A stretch of 54,258 nt of DNA from NCBI GenBank assembly GCA_022823045.1, contig JAJDXW010000282.1, positions 1 through 54,258 of the forward strand, written 5' to 3'. The translations under genes and the position numbers were made by a program. Positions 36,491 to 44,089 of the stretch are shown here, in pieces (within the stretch, counting starts at the first letter, position 1; every line of letters begins with the position of its first letter). The notes under the pieces are model-generated. The model did not search any database, was not told where the DNA came from, and saw nothing but the letters and a program-made list of their open reading frames with translations. This DNA is from Gammaproteobacteria bacterium (GTDB taxonomy: Bacteria; Pseudomonadota; Gammaproteobacteria; HK1).

Positions 36491-37681
36491 ATGGACCGGC
36501 TCTCGGGCGACGAACGGAGCGCGCCCACCCAGATCCTCGTGGTGGACGATGAGCCCGATATCGAGCTCCTCATGCGCCAGAAGATGCGAAGGCAGATCCG
36601 CAAGGGCCGGTACGCCTTCGACTTCGCCCTGAACGGAATCGAGGCACTGGAGAAGCTGAACGCACCGCGCGATCCCCCGTTCGACATGCTCGTCACCGAC
36701 ATCAACATGCCCAAGATGAACGGGCTCGAGCTTCTTGGCGAGATCGCCAAGCGCAACGCCGAGGTGAAGGCCATCGTCGTCTCCGCGTACGGCGACATGG
36801 ACAACATCCGCACCGCGATGAACCTCGGCGCCGTCGACTTCGTGACCAAGCCGGTCGACTTCGAGGATCTCGAGACCACGATTGCGCGCACGGAGGAGCA
36901 TATCCGTACCTGGCGCGACGCGATGCACTCCCGGGATCGGTTGCGAGCCCTCGAGAACGAGCTGGACATGGCCCGGACGCTCCAGCAGTCCATCCTCCCG
37001 GGCGAGATGCCGACCAGCCACCGCTACGAGATCGAGGCGCACATGACGCCGATGCGCGAGATCGGGGGCGATTTCTTCGACATCGTGAAGCTCGAGAACG
37101 AGCACCTCGGAACCGCGGTGGCCGACGTGTCCGGGAAGGGGATCCCGGCGGCGCTGTTCATGATGGGCGCGAGGAGCGTCCTCAAGGGCACCGCGATCGG
37201 GGCGAACGAGCCCGGGACCGTGCTCGCGGAAATGAACCAGATCATCGAGCAGGACAACCCGAACACCATGTTCCTGACCCTCGTGTACATGGTCTACAAC
37301 CCGCGGACGGGGGAGATGCGGTACGCAAACGGGGGCCATCCGTCGCCGATGGTGGTGGGCGGGGACGGAACCTGTTCGGAGCTCGCGCCCGTGCAGGGGG
37401 TCGCCGTCGGGCTCGACGCGAATGCCGCCTTCGAGGAGGGAACGGCAACGCTCGAGCCGGGGGAGACGGTCGTCCTGTACTCCGACGGGGTGGTCCAGGC
37501 CAAGAACGCGGCGGGCGAGGCGTTCGGCACCGAACGGCTGAAGCACGTGTTCGAGGGGCGGCCCCCCGCGGGAGCGGGGGAGGCGATCCGGCGGATCGAG
37601 GAGGCGGTCGCCGCGTTCTCCGAGGGCCGGGAGCATGACGACGATCTCACGATTCTCGCCCTTCGGAGAAGGCCGGCGTAG
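36491..37681 (+). CDS. Response regulator receiver domain fused to a PP2C/SpoIIE-type phosphatase (RsbU-like)
   Basis: The REC domain shows ILVVDDEPD, the phospho-acceptor context MLVTDINMPKMNG and VSAYGD. The PP2C domain shows GGDFFD, VADVSGKGIPAAL and DDLTILALRR. Confidence 0.9.
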   Translation: MDRLSGDERSAPTQILVVDDEPDIELLMRQKMRRQIRKGRYAFDFALNGIEALEKLNAPRDPPFDMLVTDINMPKMNGLELLGEIAKRNAEVKAIVVSAYGDMDNIRTAMNLGAVDFVTKPVDFEDLETTIARTEEHIRTWRDAMHSRDRLRALENELDMARTLQQSILPGEMPTSHRYEIEAHMTPMREIGGDFFDIVKLENEHLGTAVADVSGKGIPAALFMMGARSVLKGTAIGANEPGTVLAEMNQIIEQDNPNTMFLTLVYMVYNPRTGEMRYANGGHPSPMVVGGDGTCSELAPVQGVAVGLDANAAFEEGTATLEPGETVVLYSDGVVQAKNAAGEAFGTERLKHVFEGRPPAGAGEAIRRIEEAVAAFSEGREHDDDLTILALRRRPA

Positions 37682-37785
37682 CGGGACCGGGGCCGCCGCG
37701 CAGCAAGGCGGGCCGTGCCCGCAACGGACCCACCCCGGACGCGGCCCGGAGGCGGCCCGGGACGGGCGGCGCGCGACCCCGCAGG

Positions 37786-38883
37786 CTAAGGCCAGGCCGG
37801 CCGGTGGGCGGCGAGGGCCTCCCAGTCGAACACGATGCCGTGGCCCGGGCGGTCCGGCGCGCGCGCGTAGCCGTCCTCGACGGTCAGCGGGTCCTCCATG
37901 AACTGGTCGAGCCCGAAGGCATGCCACTCCAGGTAGGCCGCGTTCGGGGCCGCGGCCAGGAGGTGGATGTGCAGGTCGTGCGCACCGTGGCTCATCACCG
38001 GCAGGCCGTTCGCCTCGGCGAGATGCGCGATCTTCATGAACGGCGTGATGCCGCCGCAGGTGGTGAGGTCGGGCTCCGGGAAATCGACGCCCCCCGCTCC
38101 GATGAGCGCCGCGAACTCCGCGAGGGTGTGGTGGTTCTCGCCCGCCGCGAGCGGCACCTTGCCGAGCGAGCGGAGGTGCGCGTAGCCGGCGGTGTTGTCG
38201 GGCGCGATGGGCTCCTCCAGCCACACGAGGTCGAAGGGCTGGAGCAGGGTCATGGCGCGCATCGCCTGCTCCACCCGCCAGGCCTCGTTCGCGTCCGCCA
38301 TCATCTCGATGTCGTCGGGGAGGTGGTTGCGCATCGCCTCGACGCGGGCGATGTCCTCGGCGATGGTCGGGCGGCCGAGCCGCATCTTGACCGACCGGAA
38401 CCCCTGCTCGACGCTCGCCATGCCGCCCGCGAGGAGCCGGTCCACCGGGAAGTTGAGGTCGATGTTGCCGGCATAGGCCCGGACCGAGGGGTTGGCGCCG
38501 CCGAGGAGCCGCCAGAGCGGCGTGCCGAGCCGGTTGCCCTTGAGGTCCCAGAGCGCGGTATCGACCGCCGCCATCGCGAAGGCCACCGGTCCGCCCCGTC
38601 CGGCGTAGTGGTGGCGCTTGTAGATCTCGCGCCAGATCGCCTCGATGAGGTCCGGGTCGCGGCCCTCGACGCAGGGCCGGAAGGACCCGTCGCAGAGCGC
38701 CGCGATGGGGCCGCCCTGCTCCGCGTGCATCACGGTGTAGCCGATGCCGGTGGCTCCGTCGCTGTCCGTGATCCGCGCCGTCACCATGTCGAAGGCGGTC
38801 ATCACGCCCGCGGCCGAGGCTTCCATCGGCACGGGCAGCGGCAGACGGAAGAGATCGATTTCCAGCTTGTCGATGGTCGGCAC
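37786..38883 (-). CDS. Enolase superfamily enzyme (mandelate racemase / muconate lactonizing enzyme family)
   Basis: Motifs VDTALWDLKG, KMRLG, MADANEAW, WLEEP and AAGEN are present. The GTG start at 38883 has AAGGGGGG 8 nt upstream. The track ORF extends to 39276, but that extension is Arg/Pro-rich. Confidence 0.85.
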   Translation of the reverse strand: MPTIDKLEIDLFRLPLPVPMEASAAGVMTAFDMVTARITDSDGATGIGYTVMHAEQGGPIAALCDGSFRPCVEGRDPDLIEAIWREIYKRHHYAGRGGPVAFAMAAVDTALWDLKGNRLGTPLWRLLGGANPSVRAYAGNIDLNFPVDRLLAGGMASVEQGFRSVKMRLGRPTIAEDIARVEAMRNHLPDDIEMMADANEAWRVEQAMRAMTLLQPFDLVWLEEPIAPDNTAGYAHLRSLGKVPLAAGENHHTLAEFAALIGAGGVDFPEPDLTTCGGITPFMKIAHLAEANGLPVMSHGAHDLHIHLLAAAPNAAYLEWHAFGLDQFMEDPLTVEDGYARAPDRPGHGIVFDWEALAAHRPAWP

Positions 38884-39209
38884 GGGCGAGGCCCCCCTTT
38901 GTGCTTGTGCGTGCGGCAGTGATGTCGCGCCGTGGCGCGGCGGGGATGATTCACCATGCGCCGCGGGGAGGCAACCGGTCGCGGCCGCCCAGCAGCAGGC
39001 CTGACCCGGGCCGCCGCGTCGCCTCGCCCGGTGCGTCGGCGGCCGGGCGAGGAGAGCGCAGCGCGATGCCGCGGGAGCGCGGCCGCCGCAAGGCGCGGCG
39101 GCGACCACCGGAATCGTTGCAAAATGGGGACGACGCGCGGCTCTGAGGACCGGACGATCAGCGCCGCACGATGACCGCCGCCCCGTCAGCCGCCCCTTGT
39201 GCCGGACCC

Positions 39210-39812
39210 ATGTCGCAGCTCCACCTCTTCCGCGACGAGACCCCGGACCAACCCGGCCAGGCGAGCGCCGCCCCACGCCGGCTTCAGCTCGATCCGCAGT
39301 CGTGGGTCGACCATGAGCCGGGCTGGCTCCCGGGGCATGCCGCGCTGTTCGGCGCGCTCCGCGACGGGGTCGAGTGGCACACGGAGCAGCGCGCGATGTA
39401 CGACACGGTCATCGAGGTCCCCCGGCTCACCGCGACGATCCCCGACGACGGGCCGAGCCCGCCTGCCCTCGCGCGTGCCCACGAGGCGCTGGAACGCCGG
39501 TACGGGCGGCGGTTCGAGAGCGTCCGGCTCGCCTGGTACCGGGACGGCCGGGACAGCGTCGCGATGCACGGCGACCGGATCGGGCGGCGCATCGCGGACA
39601 CCGTCGTCGCGATCCTCTCCCTCGGCGCCCCGCGGCGCTTCCTGCTGAAGCCGGCCGCGGGCGGCCCGTCCCTCCGGTTCGACCTCGGCGGCGGCGACCT
39701 CCTTGTCATGGGCGGGGCGTGCCAGCGCACCTGGCGCCACGGCATCCCCAAGGTGAAGTCGGCCGCCCCGCGAATCAGCATCCAGTTCCGCGAGCGCCGC
39801 GAATACGCCTGA
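39210..39812 (+). CDS. alkB: AlkB-like 2-oxoglutarate/Fe(II)-dependent dioxygenase
   Basis: HxD is in AMHGDRIG, the distal His in RTWRHGIPK, and RISIQFR matches the RxNxTFR-type motif. The start is uncertain (39171 or 39210). Confidence 0.65.
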   Translation: MSQLHLFRDETPDQPGQASAAPRRLQLDPQSWVDHEPGWLPGHAALFGALRDGVEWHTEQRAMYDTVIEVPRLTATIPDDGPSPPALARAHEALERRYGRRFESVRLAWYRDGRDSVAMHGDRIGRRIADTVVAILSLGAPRRFLLKPAAGGPSLRFDLGGGDLLVMGGACQRTWRHGIPKVKSAAPRISIQFRERREYA

Positions 39813-39981
39813 GCCCCGCCCGCCTCACGGGCGAACGCGGCTCTCCGTGGAATCCCGGGTCACTGCACGCGTCGGACGGATGAACGAAGCGGTGCTCCAC
39901 GGCTTGAGCCGCGTCCTTCGACTTCAGCTCGCGGCGATAGTACGATCGCCTTCCGAGGCTTCCGCAGCCAGAAGAGGACAG

Positions 39982-40206
39982 ATGTCTCGAAAAAGTCAGC
40001 ACGTAGTCCCCCGAGACGGAAGATGGGCGGTACGTAAGGGCGGAGCCGACCGCATAACCCGGAGCTTCAACACTCAACAGGAAGCGATTGAGGTAGCGCG
40101 AAACATCGCACGCAACCAGCAGACGGAACTCTATATTCACGGACGCGATCGTCGAATTCGCGAACGGAATTCCTATGGGAGAGACCCGTTTCCACCGAAG
40201 GGGTAG
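39982..40206 (+). CDS. DUF2188 domain protein
   Basis: 74 aa: MSRKSQHVVPRDGRWAVRKGGADRITRSFNTQQEAIEVARNIARNQQTELYIHGRDRRIRERNSYGRDPFPPKG follows the DUF2188 consensus closely. SD AGAAGAGGA is upstream. The region is low-GC. Confidence 0.75.
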   Translation: MSRKSQHVVPRDGRWAVRKGGADRITRSFNTQQEAIEVARNIARNQQTELYIHGRDRRIRERNSYGRDPFPPKG

Positions 40207-40214
40207 ACCTCGAT

Positions 40215-40847
40215 TTGCCTTGCTCCGACTTCAATCGAAATGTATTTGTAAACTGTCCGTTTGACCGTGAATACGAACACATTCTCCAGGCAATTCTCTT
40301 CTGCCTTGTGCGATTCGGACTAACGCCGCGCACTGCCTCCGAACGCAGTGACGCAGGTGAACCAAGGATCGAGAAAATCCTTGAACTGGTTGGGTCATCT
40401 CTCTATTCAATTCATGACCTAAGCAGATGTAAAGCGACGCAGGCCGCAGAACACTACAGACTCAATATGCCGTTCGAACTCGGTGTGGATTTCGGGTGCC
40501 GACATTACGGCGGCGCTCCACTCTCGAGCAAGGTCATTTTGATACTTGAAGAAGAACCATATCGCTACCAGGCGGCAATTTCCGATCTGGCTGGCAGTGA
40601 CATCGAGACACACAATGGCGATTACGAAACCGCCGTGAGAAAGGTACGCAACTGGCTCACCGGTCTGGGTGGATTTGAACGTATCGGTGCTGCCCGAATC
40701 CAGGCGGAATATGAAGACTTCTTGGAGTGGAATTACGACCGGCAACTCAAAGCCGGTTTCTCCGAACAAGACATCCAAGACTATTCGACCGCGGAACTTC
40801 TGCAAGCAATGTTCGACTGGAACAATCAGGGCAGACCAAGGGAATAA
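40215..40847 (+). CDS. Hypothetical protein with an N-terminal nucleoside 2-deoxyribosyltransferase-like / TIR-like (Rossmannoid) domain
   Basis: 210 aa. The TTG start lies 8 nt after the DUF2188 stop, with GAAGGGG upstream. The pattern VFVNCPFD.EY...I......G..PR.A.E...... then YSIHDLSR, NMPFELG and KVILILEE follows the layout of NDT/TIR-like effector or sensor domains. No confident family name. Confidence 0.5.
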   Translation: MPCSDFNRNVFVNCPFDREYEHILQAILFCLVRFGLTPRTASERSDAGEPRIEKILELVGSSLYSIHDLSRCKATQAAEHYRLNMPFELGVDFGCRHYGGAPLSSKVILILEEEPYRYQAAISDLAGSDIETHNGDYETAVRKVRNWLTGLGGFERIGAARIQAEYEDFLEWNYDRQLKAGFSEQDIQDYSTAELLQAMFDWNNQGRPRE

Positions 40848-40888
40848 GGCCGCCGCCCGTCCAGCGCGAACAGAAGCGCAGGCGGAGC

Positions 40889-41935
40889 TCAGGAAACGAC
40901 GCGGGCGGGGCGGGAGTGCCGCCGGCGTCTGACCGCCTCCATCGCCTCCTCGGTGCCGTCGTGCTCGGTGCCGAACCACCGATCGCAGGGCATGAACGGC
41001 GTTCCGTAGTTGCAGTCGTAGTGGCGGTGGTGAAGCTGGTGATGGAACGACCCGAGCATGAGGAGCGGCCGTCCCCGGAACGTCAGCGACTCGAACCCCG
41101 CATGAGAGACGGCCGCCCCCAGGGTGTTCCACTGCATGTGAAAGAGGACGTGGAGCGGATGCGAGGCGACGACGAGATGGACGAGGACGCTGCTCAGGTA
41201 GATGACGTGCTCGAGCGGATGCATCGAGAGCCCGGACCAGGGTCCGAGGTTGTCGTTGCGGTGGTGCAGGGCGTGGGCGAGCCGATAGAGCGGGCGCCAG
41301 TGCAGCAGGCGGTGGATGAAGTAGAAGTGCGTCGCCGCGAAGAACGGGACGGCGACGAACCCGAGGACGAACCAGACCGGGTGGGCGCGCGGGTCGAGGT
41401 AGAACGGCACGAGATGGTTGGCGTAGGCCCACATGAAGCCGACCTCGTAGGCGGTCCAGACGGTGACCCCGCTCGCGCTCGTCCAGAGCATGTTGTCGAG
41501 GAGCTGGCTCCGCGCGAAGAAGCGCTGGGGCGTCGCGTTGAGCGCCCGGGCATCGAACTTCCGCTCCTTCCCCTGGCGCCCGAGGGTGTGGAAGAAGAGG
41601 TGCAGTCCGCCCGCCACGAGGAGCATGAGCCCGAGGTTCCGGGCGTACATCTGGAGGATCCAGTCCGCCCGGAGCTCGGCGCAACGCTCGAGCGCGGGCT
41701 GAAGCCAGAGCCAGGTGATCGCGGCGAGGGCCCCGAACGGAAGCAGGACCGATCCGAGGAACGCGCGCGACAGGAGGTAGCGGAGCGTGACGAGAGGGCG
41801 GGGCGGCCAGACGAACACCGGGACCGGCGCGAGAGGGAGCGGCGGGTGCCATGCCCAGCCGGCGCGGAGCGGCGGCGACGGTGGCGGCTGGGCGGCATCC
41901 TGGTCCGCGTACGACGAGAACTTCGTGCCCGACAT
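40889..41935 (-). CDS. Fatty acid hydroxylase / sterol desaturase family membrane protein
   Basis: It has His boxes HRLLHW, HALHHRN and HHQLHHRH plus several TM segments. The ATG at 41935 has a GGAGGTG SD. The longer track ORF to 42298 is not supported. Confidence 0.8.
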   Translation of the reverse strand: MSGTKFSSYADQDAAQPPPSPPLRAGWAWHPPLPLAPVPVFVWPPRPLVTLRYLLSRAFLGSVLLPFGALAAITWLWLQPALERCAELRADWILQMYARNLGLMLLVAGGLHLFFHTLGRQGKERKFDARALNATPQRFFARSQLLDNMLWTSASGVTVWTAYEVGFMWAYANHLVPFYLDPRAHPVWFVLGFVAVPFFAATHFYFIHRLLHWRPLYRLAHALHHRNDNLGPWSGLSMHPLEHVIYLSSVLVHLVVASHPLHVLFHMQWNTLGAAVSHAGFESLTFRGRPLLMLGSFHHQLHHRHYDCNYGTPFMPCDRWFGTEHDGTEEAMEAVRRRRHSRPARVVS

Positions 41936-42291
41936 CCCCCGCACCTCCGCTCGATCCGGGATCGGCCGTGCATCGACCGTGCTTCGACCGCACACAACGG
42001 CGACGACGGCGCGGACGATTGTCGGCAGTCCCCCTCCGAATTCGCGCCCGTTCCCGACACCGCATGACGCAATCGGCACCGCGCGACGAATCAACGACCA
42101 ATGACGAATCTGTACCAAGTGGCCCGACCGTCCGCGACCGACGCCGACTGCCGCCTTCGCTGCGTCGCCGAATTCCCGCACTTCGCCGCTCCCACGCCAG
42201 GAACGTATCGCCAGTCCCGACCAGCCTCGTGCTGCCAGTGGGGGAAAGCGGAGACAAGCCGCTACGCCCGGCGTTCCGCCCGTGCTCCACG

Positions 42292-42320
42292 TTGACAAGT
42301 GACATAGTGCGTATTACGGT
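42292..42320 (+). promoter_or_regulatory. Candidate sigma-70 promoter TTGACA-N17-TACGGT that would give a leaderless higB mRNA
   Basis: A perfect -35 lies at 42292-42297 and a -10 with TAnnnT at 42315-42320. The ATG at 42326 follows 5 nt later and no SD is present. Confidence 0.3.
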
Positions 42321-42325
42321 CCACC

Positions 42326-42604
42326 ATGATTCGGAGCTTCAGAAGCAGGGCGCTCAGGCGGTTCATGGAACGCGGCGACGAACGGCGCATCCATCCCGAG
42401 CACCGTGAGACCGTGCGCGACATCCTGGCCCGTCTGAACGCCTCCGCCGCCCCGAACGACATGGACGTGCCCGGCTTCCGGCTCCACCGGTTGAGGGGGG
42501 ACCAATCCGGCTTCTGGGCGGTCACCGTCCGCGCCAACTGGCGCGTGATCTTCCGATTCGAAGACGACCATGCCGTCGACGTCGACTACCTCGATTACCA
42601 CTAG
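42326..42604 (+). CDS. higB: HigB-type toxin (RelE/ParE superfamily, plasmid maintenance system killer)
   Basis: 92 aa: MIRSFRSRALRRFMERGDERRIHPEH...GFRLHRLRGDQSGFWAVTVRANWRVIFRFEDDHAVDVDYLDYH is the classic HigB pattern. Confidence 0.85.
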   Translation: MIRSFRSRALRRFMERGDERRIHPEHRETVRDILARLNASAAPNDMDVPGFRLHRLRGDQSGFWAVTVRANWRVIFRFEDDHAVDVDYLDYH

Positions 42605-42616
42605 AGAGGTCCTGCC

Positions 42617-42904
42617 ATGCTCATGCACAACCCGCCTCATCCTGGCGAGTTCATCAGGCGCCAGTGCCTCGAGCCTCTGGGACTGACCGTGACGGAAGCT
42701 GCGAAGGGGCTTGCCGTCTCGCGCAACACGCTCTCCATGCTGCTCAATGGACGGCTCGGTATCTCTCCCGAGATGGCCATCCGGCTATCGCAGGCCTTCG
42801 GAGGAAGCCCGCAAAGCTGGTTGCAGCAACAGATGCAGTACGACCTCTGGCACGTTCAGCAGAACCGGGAAGAAATCGCAGTCCGCAAGTTCGCCGCCGC
42901 ATGA
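42617..42904 (+). CDS. higA: HigA-type antitoxin (XRE-family HTH)
   Basis: 95 aa with [64 protein letters not shown]. It lies downstream of the toxin, the reversed order typical of higBA. Confidence 0.85.
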   Translation: MLMHNPPHPGEFIRRQCLEPLGLTVTEAAKGLAVSRNTLSMLLNGRLGISPEMAIRLSQAFGGSPQSWLQQQMQYDLWHVQQNREEIAVRKFAAA

Positions 42905-42993
42905 CGAAGCAGTTCGCGCTCGAACTCACCCCGCGCGGCATCACCTGCGTCGCGATTGCGCCCGGCCCGGTCGAGGGCGACATGGCCCGCATC
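42904..42993 (+). pseudogene. Orphan internal/C-terminal remnant of a short-chain dehydrogenase/reductase
   Basis: The frame starting at the higA stop reads [30 protein letters not shown]. This is the SDR segment that follows the catalytic YxxxK (LA.EL.P.GI.VN.IAPG.....M). No N-terminal Rossmann part exists upstream. Confidence 0.5.
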
Positions 42994-43015
42994 CATCCAC
43001 CCGAACCTGACCGCA

Positions 43016-43945
43016 ATGACCGAGCTCATCCTGCACCACTACGACATCTCCCCCTACGCGGAGAAGATTCGCCTCGCCTTCGGGCTCAAGGGACTCTCCT
43101 GGGCGTCGGTCATCGTCCCGGCGACCCTCCCGAAGCCGGACCTGATGCCGCTCACGGGGGGCTTTCGCCGCACCCCGGTGCTGCAGATCGGCGCCGACAT
43201 CTACTGCGACACCCTGCGCATTGCGATGGAGCTCGACCGTCGCTGCCCCGAACCCCGGCTCCTCCCCGAGAGCGGGGGAGGGGCCGGCTTCGACGGGATC
43301 CTCGCCACGTGGGCCGAGCGGGTGTTGATGTGGCCCACCGCACGCTACGTCACGGGAATGAACCGCGATGCCCTGCCGGAGGCCTTCTTCCGGGACCGCG
43401 CGGAGATGCGGGGCCACCCGGTGCCGACCCCGGACGAGGTCGCGGCCGGCCTTCCGCACGAGGAAGGCCAGCTCCGCCTCATGCTCGGCTGGGTGGAGGA
43501 CCTTCTCGCCGATGACCGGCGGTTCGCCCGCGGGCGGCTGCCCCGGCTCGCGGACCTCGCCCTCTACCAGCGGCTGTGGTGGTTGCGGGCGCTCGACGGC
43601 CGGGCGGCGCATGCCCTCGACGACTTCCCGCGGACCCGGGACTGGATTACCCGCATCGCGTCCGTCGGGCACGGGGAGCGCTCCGAGCTCTCTCCGCGCG
43701 ACGCCCTTCGCATCGCATCGGCCGCGGAGCCGGCCGACCCGCCCCGCGGCGTCCCGGACGATGACCTCGCGCCGCAGGGCCGAGTTCGAGTCACGACCGA
43801 GGACTTCGCGCGGGACCCGGTGGAGGGCGAGCTCGTCCACGCCACCCGAGAGACGATCGCCATACGGCGCGACGACCCCGAAGTCGGCCGCGTGCACGTC
43901 CACTTCCCGTGCCTCGGATACGCGGTGACGCCATCGCCGAAGTGA
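43016..43945 (+). CDS. Glutathione S-transferase family protein with a roughly 80-aa C-terminal extension
   Basis: The N-terminal LILHHYDISPYAEKIRLAFGLKGLSW...TPVLQIGADIYCDT is thioredoxin-like and GST-type, followed by a helical domain. An additional beta-rich tail is present. Confidence 0.7.
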   Translation: MTELILHHYDISPYAEKIRLAFGLKGLSWASVIVPATLPKPDLMPLTGGFRRTPVLQIGADIYCDTLRIAMELDRRCPEPRLLPESGGGAGFDGILATWAERVLMWPTARYVTGMNRDALPEAFFRDRAEMRGHPVPTPDEVAAGLPHEEGQLRLMLGWVEDLLADDRRFARGRLPRLADLALYQRLWWLRALDGRAAHALDDFPRTRDWITRIASVGHGERSELSPRDALRIASAAEPADPPRGVPDDDLAPQGRVRVTTEDFARDPVEGELVHATRETIAIRRDDPEVGRVHVHFPCLGYAVTPSPK

Positions 43946-43982
43946 TCGACCTCGCGCGGAACAGACGCGTTCCGGCACTTGT

Positions 43983-44046
43983 CACGTCATGATTCACGCG
44001 CAATACCACGTCATGATTGACGTGTCTTCATACACCAAAATATACT
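43983..44046 (+). promoter_or_regulatory. Fic promoter region: two 16-nt direct repeats (second is an 18-bp palindrome) overlapping a TTGACG-N18-TATACT promoter
   Basis: CACGTCATGATTCACG (43983-43998) and CACGTCATGATTGACG (44007-22) match at 15 of 16 positions, 24 bp apart. The second extends to the palindrome CACGTCA-TGAT-TGACGTG (44007-44024). The -35 TTGACG lies at 44017-22 and the -10 TATACT at 44041-46. The stretch is strongly AT-rich. Confidence 0.4.
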
Positions 44047-44089
44047 TGTAACAACACGACACGATAAACTTGCAAGACAACCACAACCC

